Origin: Phycisphaerae bacterium
GTDB lineage: Bacteria > Planctomycetota > Phycisphaerae > UBA1845 > Fen-1342
Direction: 5' to 3'
DNA: 64,000 nucleotides
NCBI GenBank assembly: GCA_050115495.1
Contig: JASFQK010000011.1
Span: forward strand, 1-64,000
Positions 50,257 through 60,997 of the stretch are shown here, piece by piece. The notes beneath the pieces are model-generated. The model was not told the DNA's origin. It worked only from the letters and a program-made list of their open reading frames with translations, and did no database searches. Both the position numbers and the translations under genes were made by a program. Positions within the stretch are counted from its first letter, which is position 1; the number at the start of each line of letters is the position of its first letter.

Positions 50257-51879
50257 ATGAACAGCTTCCGAAGCATGTGGGCGGCGCTCGTCCTGGTCTG
50301 TCTGGCGAGTGCAGGTTTGGTGATGGGGCAGTGGGCGGTAGATCCGGCGGTCAACCTCGCCGTCGCGGACCGCACGTCGGAGCAGGTCGTCCCGAAGGTG
50401 GCCGGTACGGCGGACGGTGGCTGCTACATCGCCTGGCACGACCACGCCTCCGGCAACTACGACATCTACCTCCAGCGGCTCGACCGCGAAGGACACGAGG
50501 TCTGGGGACACAACGGGATCGCTATCAGCACGCACGTGCAGAATAGCTGGATCACCGACTGGGATCTGCTTGTCGACGCCGACGGCTGCGCCGTGTTGAC
50601 GTTTGTTGACCTGCGGGCCGGCGGCGACTGGGACGTCTACGCCTATCGCATCGATCCGGACGGAGTGTTTCTGTGGGGGCCGGACGGTGTCGCTCTGTCC
50701 GACAACGCCGACTTCGAGGCCATGCCCCGCGTCGCCGAGACGACCGACGGTGAGTTCGTCTTCGTTTGGTCGCGGTCGCCGGACGTCGGCGACGGCTCGC
50801 TCGTCATCCAGAAGCTCTCGACCGACGGCACGCCGCAGTTCGGTGCGACGGGCATCGAGGTCTTCGGCGCTGCGGGCGAGTCGCCGGGATACGTGAACGT
50901 CGTGGCGGCGGACAACGGCGCGTTCATCATGAGCTGGGTCCGCGACATGAGCACGTTCATGAGCCCGCGGCACTTCCGCGCGCAGAAGTACTCCGCGGCG
51001 GGCGTGGCTCAGTGGGCGGCGCCGGTCGAGGTCTACAACGCGTCGTCCCTCCCGCTGGGGCACTTCCCGACCACGCTGCCTGACGGGGCCGGCGGAGCGA
51101 TCCTGGTCTGGCATCGCAGCCAGTCGAACATGTACAACTGCCTCGTGCAGCACGTCACCGCGAACGGCGGCGAGCGCTTCACGCACAACGGCGTCCTGGT
51201 CTCGACGCTGACCGCCCGGCATCACATCGATCCGGCGGGCGTCTACCTGCCCGATACCGATGAGATCCTCATCTTCTGGAACGAGCGCAACTCGGCCCAG
51301 AGCCAGTGGGGGCTGTACGGCCAGAAGCTCTCGCCGACCGGGCAGCGCATGTGGGGCGACAATGGCATCGAGTATGAGCCCGTGAACACGGTCTACAAAT
51401 CCTATCCGCGGGCGGTGCCGCTGTCGGACGGCGCGATGGTGTTCTACTGCGACGAGCCGACCGGCTCCGTCGTGCTGGACCGCATGCTCGCCTTCCGCGT
51501 GGACACGTCCGGCGCGCTCGTCTGGGACGACTCGCCGCGGTTGGTCAGCTCGGTGCTAAGTGGGAAGGCGCGGCTGCCCGTGATCGTCGGGCCGGCGGAA
51601 ACTGCGATCATCGTCTGGGAGGACGATCGCGGCGGCACCGTCGACGTGTACGCCCAGAACGTCAACCGCAACGGCTCGCTCGGCGCGTTGGGCAACCTGA
51701 ACTGCGACGCGTCCGTCGACAACTTCGACATTACGCCGTTCGTGCTGGCGGTGACGGACCCCGACGCCTATGCGGCGGCGTACCCCGACTGCAACCCGCT
51801 GCTGGCGGACATCAACGGCGACGGTGCCATCAACAACTTCGACATCAGCCCGTTTGTCGGTCTGCTAGCAGGCGACTAA
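50257..51879 (+). CDS. Secreted beta-propeller-like protein with a C-terminal dockerin-like double EF-hand
   Basis: AAGGAG RBS; repeats D..GG....W.D....DIY.QR....G...W; C-terminus GNLNCDASVDNFDITPFV...ADINGDGAINNFDISPFV. Confidence 0.85.
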   Translation: MNSFRSMWAALVLVCLASAGLVMGQWAVDPAVNLAVADRTSEQVVPKVAGTADGGCYIAWHDHASGNYDIYLQRLDREGHEVWGHNGIAISTHVQNSWITDWDLLVDADGCAVLTFVDLRAGGDWDVYAYRIDPDGVFLWGPDGVALSDNADFEAMPRVAETTDGEFVFVWSRSPDVGDGSLVIQKLSTDGTPQFGATGIEVFGAAGESPGYVNVVAADNGAFIMSWVRDMSTFMSPRHFRAQKYSAAGVAQWAAPVEVYNASSLPLGHFPTTLPDGAGGAILVWHRSQSNMYNCLVQHVTANGGERFTHNGVLVSTLTARHHIDPAGVYLPDTDEILIFWNERNSAQSQWGLYGQKLSPTGQRMWGDNGIEYEPVNTVYKSYPRAVPLSDGAMVFYCDEPTGSVVLDRMLAFRVDTSGALVWDDSPRLVSSVLSGKARLPVIVGPAETAIIVWEDDRGGTVDVYAQNVNRNGSLGALGNLNCDASVDNFDITPFVLAVTDPDAYAAAYPDCNPLLADINGDGAINNFDISPFVGLLAGD

Positions 51880-51913
51880 GCGGAATCGGCGGACGCGGTA
51901 GGGCGGCCTGGGG

Positions 51914-52450
51914 TCATTCCCAGGGGTCCTCTTCGTCGTCGGGATTCTGCGGGCCGGTTTCCTTCGGCGGGGGCGGAGCGTTGGCGGCCCGGCGGGCGGC
52001 ACAGTGTGGGCATTCGGCCGGCTCGCCGGGAGCGGTTGCGTACCATTGGCGGCATTTCGGGCAAAGTTTGGCTCTGTACGCCGACTCCTGACCGCAATGT
52101 TCGCACTTCATCGGCCAGGCGTCGAAGTCCATAGGGACCTTCACCTGGTAGGCAGCTTGGCAGGCCGGGTTGGTGCAGCCGACGTAGATGGTGGCGGTGG
52201 ACGTGGCTTTCTCGAAATCGCCGGGGCCCGCCGGCGGGGTGAGGGCGTGCGTTAGCCAGCGGGCGGCCACGATCGCCACCACGCCGAGGATGATCCAGAG
52301 GGTGATGCGCACGGCCGCGGTCCGCCAGAAGAGGGAGGGGTCCTCGCGGACCTCGGCTCGCCAGCGGCGAAAATCCTCGGGCCAGTTGGCGGTTCTTTCC
52401 CGGATGCGGTCGGGCAGGTCGGCGAGCTGTGAGCGGCGGTCGGTACTCAT
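51914..52450 (-). CDS. Single-TM protein with four CxxC-type motifs (zinc-ribbon-like)
   Basis: TM segment ITLWIILGVVAIVAA; CTNPAC, CEHC, CPKC and CPHC. Confidence 0.75.
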   Translation of the reverse strand: MSTDRRSQLADLPDRIRERTANWPEDFRRWRAEVREDPSLFWRTAAVRITLWIILGVVAIVAARWLTHALTPPAGPGDFEKATSTATIYVGCTNPACQAAYQVKVPMDFDAWPMKCEHCGQESAYRAKLCPKCRQWYATAPGEPAECPHCAARRAANAPPPPKETGPQNPDDEEDPWE

Positions 52451-52538
52451 CTGGCAGGCCCTCCGCTGGCCGATAATCCCATCGGCGACAGCCACATGAG
52501 CTTATCCGCATACCCCGCCGGGGGGCAAATTTTTCCTT

Positions 52539-52566
52539 TTGACAACCTTCAAAGGGGCCCTACAAT
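52539..52566 (+). promoter_or_regulatory. sigma70 promoter of the tRNA-Thr-tuf cluster
   Basis: TTGACA-16-TACAAT. Confidence 0.8.
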
Positions 52567-52645
52567 GGCGGCTTCCGGTATGTAGGACCGGGTGAACGCA
52601 TGCGCTGAGGCGCCGGTGGCCGCCGATCCGGCGCCGCCGGGGAAT

Positions 52646-52717
<72 letters not shown>

Positions 52718-52837
52718 TACGGTGAGCGGCGCGCGCGCGTCGGGACCGGTTCGGGAACTCGGTTTGGCAGGAGAACTGGTGGCCGTGGAGGGCCACCCCG
52801 GGTGAAACCTTTCCCGGGCGATGAGTGGAGAAGATAC

Positions 52838-54070
52838 ATGGCCAAGGGTGTGTTTGAGCGGAAGAAACCGCACGTAAACGTCGGGACCATCGGACACGTC
52901 GACCACGGCAAGACGACGTTGACGGCGGCGATGACGGCTGTCCAGGCGGCGCGCGGACTGGGCGAGTACAAGTCGTACGACGACATCGCCAAGGCGTCAG
53001 AGAAAGACGGTCGCCGGGACCCGACCAAGATTCTGACCATCGCCACCGCGCACGTCGAATACGAGACGGAGAGCCGGCACTACGCCCACATCGACTGCCC
53101 GGGGCACGCCGACTACGTGAAGAACATGATCACCGGCGCCGCCCAGATGGACGGGGCCATCCTGGTGGTCAGTGCGGCCGACGGCCCGATGCCCCAGACG
53201 CGCGAGCACGTGTTGCTCGCCCGCCAGGTCAACGTGCCGGCGCTGGTCGTTTTCCTCAACAAGGTCGACCTCGTCGACGACCCCGAGCTGCTCGAGCTCG
53301 TCGAGATGGAAGTCCGCGAGTTGCTGAGCAAGTACGAGTTCGACGGCGACAACATCCCCGTCATCAAGGGCTCGGCCACGCAGGCGCTCGAGGCCGCCTC
53401 CGCCAAGAACGAGGCCGGCTATGCGGGTGTCGTCGAGTTGATGGACGCTCTCGACGCCCACATCCCCGAGCCGCAGCGCGAGCAGGACAAGCCCTTCCTG
53501 ATGCCCATCGAAGACGTCTTCAGCATCAAGGGCCGTGGTACCGTCGGTACCGGTCGTATCGAGCGCGGCCAGGTCAAGGTCGGCGACGAAGTGGCCGTCA
53601 TCGGTCTGCACGCCCCCGAAGGCCGCAAGACGGTCGTCACCGGCGTTGAGATGTTCAACAAGACGCTCGATTCGGGCATCGCCGGCGACAACGTCGGTCT
53701 GCTGCTCCGCGGCGTCGAGAAGAAAGAGCTGGAGCGCGGTCAGGTGCTCGCCAAGGCGGGCAGCATTACGCCGCACACCAAGTTCATGGGTGAGGTCTAC
53801 GTCCTGACGAAGGAGGAAGGCGGCCGTCACACGCCGTTCTTCCCCGGCTATCGTCCGCAGTTCTACTTCCGGACGACCGACGTGACCGGCTCGATCGTGG
53901 AACTGGTCAGCCGCGAGGGCGGCAAGGCCGAGATGTGCATGCCCGGCGACAACATCCAGATGCGGGTCGAGATTCAGCACCCCATCGCCATGGAGGAAGG
54001 CTTGCGCTTCGCCATTCGCGAAGGCGGCCGGACCGTCGGTTCGGGCGTGGTAACGAAGATCCTCGAGTAG
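52838..54070 (+). CDS. tuf: Elongation factor Tu
   Basis: [33 protein letters not shown] and [10 protein letters not shown] motifs. Confidence 0.99.
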   Translation: MAKGVFERKKPHVNVGTIGHVDHGKTTLTAAMTAVQAARGLGEYKSYDDIAKASEKDGRRDPTKILTIATAHVEYETESRHYAHIDCPGHADYVKNMITGAAQMDGAILVVSAADGPMPQTREHVLLARQVNVPALVVFLNKVDLVDDPELLELVEMEVRELLSKYEFDGDNIPVIKGSATQALEAASAKNEAGYAGVVELMDALDAHIPEPQREQDKPFLMPIEDVFSIKGRGTVGTGRIERGQVKVGDEVAVIGLHAPEGRKTVVTGVEMFNKTLDSGIAGDNVGLLLRGVEKKELERGQVLAKAGSITPHTKFMGEVYVLTKEEGGRHTPFFPGYRPQFYFRTTDVTGSIVELVSREGGKAEMCMPGDNIQMRVEIQHPIAMEEGLRFAIREGGRTVGSGVVTKILE

Positions 54071-54173
54071 CCGCTTCGGCGACGCTGAAGGAAGAGGCTG
54101 AGGGACGGCGGCCGATCGTGGCTGCCGTCCAGCCGGCGCGGGCCGCCCGGCCGGCTCTGCGGGAGTGTGGTGC

Positions 54174-54341
54174 ATGGCCAAGGCACAGAAGCGAGAATGG
54201 GTCTGGTTGCAGTGCTCGGAGACGGGCGACCTGAACTACCGCACCAACGTAAACGTCCAGGGCGGTGTGCCGAAACTGCAGCTCAAGAAGTACTCGCCCC
54301 GTCTGCGCAAGCGGACGGTGCACAAGATCAAGCGGAAGTAA
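54174..54341 (+). CDS. rpmG: 50S ribosomal protein L33 (absent from the ORF track)
   Basis: [55 protein letters not shown]; canonical position in the cluster. Confidence 0.93.
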   Translation: MAKAQKREWVWLQCSETGDLNYRTNVNVQGGVPKLQLKKYSPRLRKRTVHKIKRK

Positions 54342-54346
54342 CCGGT

Positions 54347-54420
54347 AGGAGCGTAGCTCAATTGGCTAGAGCATCGGTTTCCAAAACCGAAGGTTGGGGG
54401 TTCGAGTCCCTTCGCTCCTG
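54347..54420 (+). tRNA. tRNA-Trp(CCA)
   Basis: Acceptor stem aggagcg/cgctcct; anticodon arm tcggt-ttCCAaa-accga; lies upstream of secE. Confidence 0.97.
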
Positions 54421-54541
54421 ATCTGGGGCGGGGGCCCGGTTGCCGGGACCCCCGGTAAGCGTGTCCAGCAAGACGCCGGCCGGTGGCCGGCAGGGTAGTG
54501 GGGGCCGGATGCGGCCGGCCCGGCGTGATGGGAGCTGTTCG

Positions 54542-55054
54542 ATGGCTGATGAAACCCTGGCTCCGGAACGAGTATCGCGACCGGCTTCGGCCGGCTCGGG
54601 CGGAGCCTCGCCTTTGCGGCCCTACAAGCCCGGGCAGGGGCGGCACGTTCGCTGGGGCACGGCCGGTGGCGCCGGGGTGATCGCCGTAGCCGGGGCCATG
54701 TTCGTGTACGACTGGCTGGCGGCGCCCTTCGGCGGCAACTCCACGAGCGATGTCGTGCTGCGGACGCTGATCCCGGTCGTGCTGCTCATCGGAGCCGCCT
54801 GGCTGATCTGGTGGCTGACCGGCACGCGGCGCGGCTCGGTCGATTTCATGATCGCCACCGAGGGGGAAATGAAGAAGGTGAACTGGTCCTCCCGCCGCGA
54901 GGTGTTCGGGGCGACCAAAGTCGTGATCTTCACGGTGCTCGCCATGGGCATGATGCTGGCGGTCGTCGACTTCGTCTTCATGGGGCTGTTCGCCCTCATC
55001 GGCGTGTTGAAGGTGCCTTTCTGGCAGCAGATATTTGGTAGCGGGGGCGCGTGA
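54542..55054 (+). CDS. secE: Preprotein translocase subunit SecE (3-TM type)
   Basis: YKPGQG...DFMIATEGEMKKVNWSSRREVFGATKVV motif; lies upstream of nusG. Confidence 0.93.
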   Translation: MADETLAPERVSRPASAGSGGASPLRPYKPGQGRHVRWGTAGGAGVIAVAGAMFVYDWLAAPFGGNSTSDVVLRTLIPVVLLIGAAWLIWWLTGTRRGSVDFMIATEGEMKKVNWSSRREVFGATKVVIFTVLAMGMMLAVVDFVFMGLFALIGVLKVPFWQQIFGSGGA

Positions 55055-55707
55055 CGTCCATGTCCGCCGACGCTTCGCAAATCGAGAGCAAACCAGTGGC
55101 CGAAACATCGGACAATCCTCCGGTCGAGAACAACGAGCCGGAGATGGTGCGGCCGGGGATGCAGTGGTACGTGCTCCGTGTGGCCTCCAACAAGGAGGAC
55201 TCGGTGCGCGACGCCCTCGAACGCAAGGTCAAGATCGAACAGCTAGAGGAGCGTGTTGGCCGCGTCCTGGTGCCGACCCAGCGCGAGAAGCGCGTTCGCG
55301 GCGGTACGGCTCGCGTCTACCATCGCAAGCTCTATCCCGGCTACGTCTTCGTCGAGATGGCAACCGACGACGACGGCCGCATCCCCGAGAACGTCTGGTT
55401 CGTCATCAAGGAGACGACCGGCGTCGGTGATTTCATCGGTTCCGGCGGCAAACCCTCGGCCATGCCCATGCATGACGTCGAGAAGATGCTCGCCGCCGCC
55501 GTCAAGCCCGACGAATCGCCCACCCTGGCCAACCTGGCCTTCAAGAAGGGCGACCGGGTCAAGGTCACCGAGGGTCCCTTCGAGAACTTCGAGGGCGTGG
55601 TCGACGAGATCAACTCCCAGAAGGGCACCGTCCGCGTGATCGTCACGATTTTCGGACGGGCCACGCCGGTCGACATCGAATACTGGCAGGTGGAGGAGTT
55701 GCAGTAG
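55051..55707 (+). CDS. nusG: Transcription termination/antitermination factor NusG
   Basis: WYVLRVASNKE, KLYPGYVFVEM and KOW GDRVKVTEGPFENF...IFGRATPV. Start may be 55060. Confidence 0.97.
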   Translation: MTSMSADASQIESKPVAETSDNPPVENNEPEMVRPGMQWYVLRVASNKEDSVRDALERKVKIEQLEERVGRVLVPTQREKRVRGGTARVYHRKLYPGYVFVEMATDDDGRIPENVWFVIKETTGVGDFIGSGGKPSAMPMHDVEKMLAAAVKPDESPTLANLAFKKGDRVKVTEGPFENFEGVVDEINSQKGTVRVIVTIFGRATPVDIEYWQVEELQ

Positions 55708-55851
55708 CCGCGGGAGGCCGCCGGCGGCGGGAAACCGGCCCCGGGGCGTTGGACGAGCGGCTACCGGCCGGCTATACTACGGGTCTTTAGTCGCGGTCGC
55801 GGGCCACCGGGCCCCGTCGCAGACGCAGCAGTGCACGAATAGGGTAGGCTC

Positions 55852-56301
55852 ATGGCGAAGGCCGTCATCGCGAAAATCAAGTTGCAGGCACCGGGTGGCA
55901 AGGCGACGCCGGCGCCGCCGGTCGGGCCGGCCCTGGGCCAGCACGGCGTGAACATCGGGCAGTTCGTCTCGCAATTCAACGAGCGAACGAAGCACATGGA
56001 CGGGATGACCTGCCCGGTCGAGATCACCGTCTACAAGGACAAGAGCTTCGACTTCATCTGCAAGAGCCCGCCGGCGGCCGTGCTGCTGCTCAAGGCGGCC
56101 AAGCCGATCGAAGACGGGATGGCGATTGTGGAGAAGGGTTCCGGCGAGCCGAACCGCAAGAAGGTCGGCCGCGTCACCCGCGAGGATGTCCGCAAGATCG
56201 CCGAGACCAAGCTGAAGGACCTCAACGCGTTCTGCCTCGACTCCGCCGATCGGATCGTGGCCGGCACCGCCCGCAGTATGGGCATCGAGGTCACGGACTG
56301 A
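55852..56301 (+). CDS. rplK: 50S ribosomal protein L11
   Basis: [20 protein letters not shown] and [10 protein letters not shown] motifs. Confidence 0.98.
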   Translation: MAKAVIAKIKLQAPGGKATPAPPVGPALGQHGVNIGQFVSQFNERTKHMDGMTCPVEITVYKDKSFDFICKSPPAAVLLLKAAKPIEDGMAIVEKGSGEPNRKKVGRVTREDVRKIAETKLKDLNAFCLDSADRIVAGTARSMGIEVTD

Positions 56302-56384
56302 GAGATTCCCGGGCGGCGAGTTGAGTGCCGTCCGCTGACAACCAAAGGCCTGACCACGGGCCAGAACGTAGTGGGAGCTTCGCC

Positions 56385-57083
56385 ATGCGGTTTCGCAGCA
56401 AGCGATACAAGAAAGACACCAATCAAGCCGCTCGCAAACCTCTTCCCCTCGATGAGGCCCTCAAGGCCCTCAAGGCTTATTCGAAGGCCAAGTTCGACGA
56501 AACCGTCGACCTGGTCTGCTGGCTCGGTATCGACCCGCGCCAGGCCGACCAGATGATCCGCGGCTCGGTCAGCCTGCCCAAGGGCATCGGCAAGAGCAAG
56601 CGCGTCATCGCCTTCTGCGGCGAGGGTGACGTCGAGGAGGCCAAGGCGGCCGGAGCGGTCGAGGCCGGCGGCGAGGAACTCGTTGCCAAGGTCCAGGGCG
56701 GCTGGCTCGACTTCGACGTGGCCGTCGCGCACCCGTCCATGATGGGCAAGGTGGGCAAGCTCGGTCGCGTGCTCGGCCCCGTCGGCAAGATGCCCTCTCC
56801 CAAGAGCGGCACGGTCACGCCGCAGCTCGTGCAGGCGGTGCGTGACTACTCGGCCGGCAAGCTCGAGTTCCGCAACGACAAGGGCGGCAACGTCCACGCC
56901 GTTGTGGGCAAGCTCAGCTTTGCCGACGCCGACCTCAAAGAGAACATTCTCGCCTTCGTCGGCCACATTCGCCGGATGAAGCCTGCCACGGCGAAGGGGC
57001 AGTTCCTCAGGAAGGTGTGCATCAGCGGAACGATGACGCCCGGCGTCGAGATCGACACGTCCACCTCGGGCGGACTGGAGTAG
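56385..57083 (+). CDS. rplA: 50S ribosomal protein L1
   Basis: [19 protein letters not shown] and [20 protein letters not shown] motifs. Confidence 0.98.
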   Translation: MRFRSKRYKKDTNQAARKPLPLDEALKALKAYSKAKFDETVDLVCWLGIDPRQADQMIRGSVSLPKGIGKSKRVIAFCGEGDVEEAKAAGAVEAGGEELVAKVQGGWLDFDVAVAHPSMMGKVGKLGRVLGPVGKMPSPKSGTVTPQLVQAVRDYSAGKLEFRNDKGGNVHAVVGKLSFADADLKENILAFVGHIRRMKPATAKGQFLRKVCISGTMTPGVEIDTSTSGGLE

Positions 57084-57086
57084 CCG

Positions 57087-57626
57087 ATGAGCAAGCTGGT
57101 CAAAAACATGATCGCCGGGGAGCTGCGTTCCCGTTACAGCGAACTGGACAGTGCCTTGTGGGTCGAGCTGATCGGCGTCGACGGCAACACCACCAACGCG
57201 TTCCGCCGCGACCTGCACAGCAAGGATGTGCGGCTTGAGGTGGTGCGCACCGCCCTGTTGCGACGGGCGGTGGCGGACGGCGCGTTGCGGACGCTGGCCG
57301 ACCATCTGGTAGGGCCGGCCGCGTTGATCACGGGCGGCGAGTCGATTATCGACGTCGCGAAGATGATCGACGAGTGGCTGCCGAAGATCAAAGGTCTGCG
57401 TATTCGCGGGGCCCTGCTGGAAGGGCAGTTCCTCAACGAGCAGGCCGCCGCCGGCCTGGCCAAGATGCCGTCGAAGCGTGACCTCCAGGCCCGCATTGCC
57501 GGCATGGCCCTGTCGCCTGGGGCGAACCTGGCCGCGGCCGTGCTGTCGGGTGGCGGGCGTATCGCCGGCTGCCTGAAGAGCATCATCGAGAAGCTGGAAA
57601 AGGAAGAAGCCCCGGCCGCCGCGTAG
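57087..57626 (+). CDS. rplJ: 50S ribosomal protein L10
   Basis: Lies between rplA and rplL; MSKLVK...LEVVRTALLRRA...LAKMPSKRDL. Confidence 0.93.
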   Translation: MSKLVKNMIAGELRSRYSELDSALWVELIGVDGNTTNAFRRDLHSKDVRLEVVRTALLRRAVADGALRTLADHLVGPAALITGGESIIDVAKMIDEWLPKIKGLRIRGALLEGQFLNEQAAAGLAKMPSKRDLQARIAGMALSPGANLAAAVLSGGGRIAGCLKSIIEKLEKEEAPAAA

Positions 57627-57750
57627 CGGGCCGGGTTGGAGATTGCTGAATCGGATCCGTGCCTGACTGCTCCTCGTGAGGATTAAATGGGACCACCGGG
57701 GTCCCAGCTATCCGGCCGGTCCCCAAACGCCTGTTGCGGAGTGTGTGACG

Positions 57751-58182
57751 ATGTCCGAAGAACCTGCGGCGAGCGCCCCCGCTCGCGAATTTGACCCGGC
57801 GATCAAGGAGATCGGCGACAAGATCGCCGCCCTGACCCTGATCCAGGCCAAGGCCCTCACCGATTACCTGAAGGACGAATACGGCATCGAGCCCGCAGCG
57901 GGTGGAGCAGTCATGATGGCCGGTCCGGCCGTCGGTGGTGATGCCGGGGCCGCGGCCGCCGAAGAGCAGACCGAGTTCAAGCTGGTCATCAAGGCGGCCG
58001 GCGACAAGAAGCTCCAGGTGATCAAGGTCGTGCGGGCCGCCCGTAGCGACCTGGGTCTCAAGGAAGCCAAGGCCCTCGTGGACAGCGCCCCGAAGCCGCT
58101 GCTCGAGGAAGTGCCCAAGGAAGAGGCCGAGAAGTGGGCCAAGCAGCTCGAGGAAGCCGGCGCGACCATCTCCATCGAGTAG
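57751..58182 (+). CDS. rplL: 50S ribosomal protein L7/L12
   Basis: [27 protein letters not shown] and LEEAGA motifs. Confidence 0.97.
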   Translation: MSEEPAASAPAREFDPAIKEIGDKIAALTLIQAKALTDYLKDEYGIEPAAGGAVMMAGPAVGGDAGAAAAEEQTEFKLVIKAAGDKKLQVIKVVRAARSDLGLKEAKALVDSAPKPLLEEVPKEEAEKWAKQLEEAGATISIE

Positions 58183-58382
58183 CCTGAACCGGCCCAGCTC
58201 GACGAAACGTTAGCACAGCGGCGAGTCCGACCCTGCGGGGGCCGGGCTCGCCGCTTCGTGTTGACAGGCCCGGGCCGGCGGGGGGAAATAATGTGCCTTG
58301 GTGTCCGAATCCCCTTCGTCCCCCTGGCGTGGACGGGGGCGTGCTGCGCGTAGGGTCCTGGATCTGGCAGGAGGAGACCGGT

Positions 58383-59333
58383 ATGCGATACAGACTCGTG
58401 GTTCCCGTGCTCGTGGCGCTGCTGGCCGTGATGTCGGGTTGCACCGAGCGGCGTGGCGGCAACGTGAAGGCCACGCGCGATTTCGCGCTCACGTCGCCGT
58501 GGAACGACTTCCAGACGGTCGTCGTGGAGTCGCGGAACGGCAGCATCGAGATCGGCGTAGCAGACGTGCGGGAGGTGGAGATCGACGGCCGAATGTCCGT
58601 CCGGGGGATGACCCGGGCCGACGCCGACGCGGCCCTCGAGCGGATGCGGATTGATGTCGATCCGGCGGCGGACGCCGGCCGGACGCTGACCATCCGACTG
58701 GTCGTGCCGGACGAGCTTCGTCAGCAGTCGCCGTCGGCGGGACTGAAGGTCCGCGTGCCGCAGGGCTGTGCCGTGCGCCTGACGACGAGCAACGGTTCGA
58801 TCGAGGCCGGCGGGCTGAAGGATCGGGCGGAGCTGCGTACGAGCAACGCCTCGGTCACGGTGACGGATTTCGCCGGCCGGGTGGACATCCGGACCAGCAA
58901 CGGCAGCGTGGTGGCCCGCCGGGTGGACGGTCCGGTCGACGCCCAGAGCAGCAACGCCTCCATTACTGTTGAGGAAGTGGGCGGCGACTGCACGCTGGCG
59001 ACGACGAACGGCTCGATCACGCTCCGCGACGTGCAGGGCAGCGTCCGGGCCCGGACGTCCAACGCCAGCATCGGCTGCGACGTTCAGCCGCCGGCCGGGG
59101 CCTCGGTCGTCCTGGAGACGTCAAACGGCAAGGTCGACGTGACGTTGCCGGAGACGCTTGCGGCGGAGCTGACCCTGGTCACGTCGAACGGCAAGATCTC
59201 CACGGCGTTCGGCAACGCTCAGGTCAACATGCGCGAGATGGGGAACAAGTCCGTACGGGCGACCATGAACGGCGGCGGCGGCCGGGTCGAGGCCCGTACA
59301 TCGAACGGAGCGATCACGTTCGGCGTGCGCTGA
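58383..59333 (+). CDS. DUF4097/adhesin-like beta-strand-repeat lipoprotein
   Basis: GGAGGAG RBS; lipobox MSGC; many T(S/T)N(G/A)S(I/V) repeats. Confidence 0.88.
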   Translation: MRYRLVVPVLVALLAVMSGCTERRGGNVKATRDFALTSPWNDFQTVVVESRNGSIEIGVADVREVEIDGRMSVRGMTRADADAALERMRIDVDPAADAGRTLTIRLVVPDELRQQSPSAGLKVRVPQGCAVRLTTSNGSIEAGGLKDRAELRTSNASVTVTDFAGRVDIRTSNGSVVARRVDGPVDAQSSNASITVEEVGGDCTLATTNGSITLRDVQGSVRARTSNASIGCDVQPPAGASVVLETSNGKVDVTLPETLAAELTLVTSNGKISTAFGNAQVNMREMGNKSVRATMNGGGGRVEARTSNGAITFGVR

Positions 59334-59581
59334 CGCAACCCCCGCGTCCAGGCTGTGTGGCGCGCCCCGCTGTCGATCACCCTCGGCGGCGGCAAGCCGT
59401 GTTTTTCATCGCGCCAGCCGCGATGAACGTCACGAAGTCAGCAATATCTGCGGCGGTTTACAGCAGGTTGCGCGGAGCGCCCCGCGCAACGCCGCGTGGG
59501 GATTGCGCCGTTCCTGCAACGCGGCGTGGAGACGGTGGCGCACTTACATCCCTCGGACCCCAATCGCCCCGAGGGCGACCT

Positions 59582-59720
59582 GTAGCGCCGGCCCCCTGTG
59601 GCCGACGTCGCGTAGCGCTGGGACGCCGCACCCAGCGCCCAGACGTCCGGTACGGAGCCCGGACGCTACACCCGCCACGTCCGGCCGTTCGGTACCCCGG
59701 CCCGCCGGGAGACGCTACAC
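59582..59720. repeat. Cluster of GTAG-headed REP-like palindromes
   Basis: gtagcgccggccccctgtggccgacgtcg (27/29 identical to 28952-28980), gtagcgctggg..cccagcgc, and two inverted ...gacgctac copies. Confidence 0.7.
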
Positions 59721-59831
59721 GAACCCAATCCAGGCCCCGCGTTGTAGACCTGCGCGCCCCGAGCTGTTCCTGAACGGCGTCTTCGCCAGCAGGTCGAGCC
59801 AGACCTGCTGGACAGGCGAGGGACCCGCGGC

Positions 59832-60668
59832 TCATTCGTCGACCCAGATCTCCCGTGGTTCATCCGAGGCACTGAGCAGACAATCGGTGATCCGGTCGCG
59901 CTCATGACAGACCACGAGGTGCAGCCCATCTCGACCGCGCGTATCGGAGGTCCGGCGCATTTCGAAGCGAACCACGCCGTACACCCTCAAACGAGTTTCC
60001 CCCGCGGTCTCGTGAAAATCGGCACCGCAAAGCTGGCGAACGTTGGCGAGCGGCTCACCAACGGTAATGTACCCCGCATCCATGGCGCGCAGGCAGATGT
60101 CGCGCTTCACTGCGCCCGCTACCGCGTCCCGGTAGCAGACGACTAACTCATCGAGAGTCAGGTGCTCCGGTCGGGACTCAGTCATTCCCTTGTCCATATT
60201 CGTGACCACGAGACCAAGAATCGCATCAACTCCCTGTTCGTGATACACTCCCAAGTACCATCCGCCATACTTAGGCGAGCAAACGAAACCACGATCGTCC
60301 ACTCCGCCGGGTACCGGAGGCAGCAAATGAACTACGCTCCAGTACCTAACCCCCTCGTTTTCAAGGCGCACCTCGAAGTCCGCACCACAGAGCCGCCGGA
60401 CATTCTCTAGCGGTGCGCCGATTGCTATGTGGCCGGCATCAACGGCGCGCAAGCAGATGTTCAGCTTTGCTGTGTCCCCGCTCGCTTGTCGATAGCAGTC
60501 CGCCAACTCGCCCAAGGTGACTGGCATTGGGATGGATGCAGACCTACTGCTGCTCCCAGACGGAGGCTGCTGATGTGACTGCGACGTCTCGCCTGCACAC
60601 CCTACCAACGTCAACACAGTCACCACAAGACAAACCACCGGGGAACGCCACCGAACGATTATGGACAT
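59832..60668 (-). CDS. Hypothetical lipoprotein with an internal domain duplication
   Basis: Lipobox LVGC; two copies of TLxELxxCYR...K..ICLRA.DAG.I..G.PL.NVR.LCGADF. Confidence 0.75.
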   Translation of the reverse strand: MSIIVRWRSPVVCLVVTVLTLVGCAGETSQSHQQPPSGSSSRSASIPMPVTLGELADCYRQASGDTAKLNICLRAVDAGHIAIGAPLENVRRLCGADFEVRLENEGVRYWSVVHLLPPVPGGVDDRGFVCSPKYGGWYLGVYHEQGVDAILGLVVTNMDKGMTESRPEHLTLDELVVCYRDAVAGAVKRDICLRAMDAGYITVGEPLANVRQLCGADFHETAGETRLRVYGVVRFEMRRTSDTRGRDGLHLVVCHERDRITDCLLSASDEPREIWVDE

Positions 60669-60997
60669 GTACGACACCATATTTGCCGCCGCAGCATGTA
60701 ATTGCCGGAAGGCGAGCTTGAGGAGATTGTAACGGTTTGAGGACCGTACGACACACGGAAGTTCATCCAAAGGTAACATTTCTTGCCATCCTTAGTGACG
60801 ACTACGGTCACGCAATTGTACCGCGGAAACACGGCGCCGTTCACCGGTCGCTGGATGCTCTTGCCGGGTACTGACCCGTCTGGGCCGGGCCTCGGCTGGC
60901 CCCAAGGAGTCCCTGGTGTTTTCGGAGGAGCGCTGTTTTGTCGCCAAACGCCCTGCTTAGCGAAGAGAAAGGGCCTCGATCCGCCGGCGCCCCTCAC
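60659..60997 (-). CDS. Hypothetical ORF or gene fragment (possible orphan toxin tip)
   Basis: Overlaps the stop of the upstream gene (GTGA) and the start of the downstream lipoprotein; lower GC. Confidence 0.35.
   Translation of the reverse strand: MRGAGGSRPFLFAKQGVWRQNSAPPKTPGTPWGQPRPGPDGSVPGKSIQRPVNGAVFPRYNCVTVVVTKDGKKCYLWMNFRVSYGPQTVTISSSSPSGNYMLRRQIWCRTCP

Noticed and set aside
58261..58292. TTGACA promoter upstream of the DUF4097 gene
   Set aside because: The best -10 candidate (AATAAT) is 20 nt away, which is non-canonical spacing.
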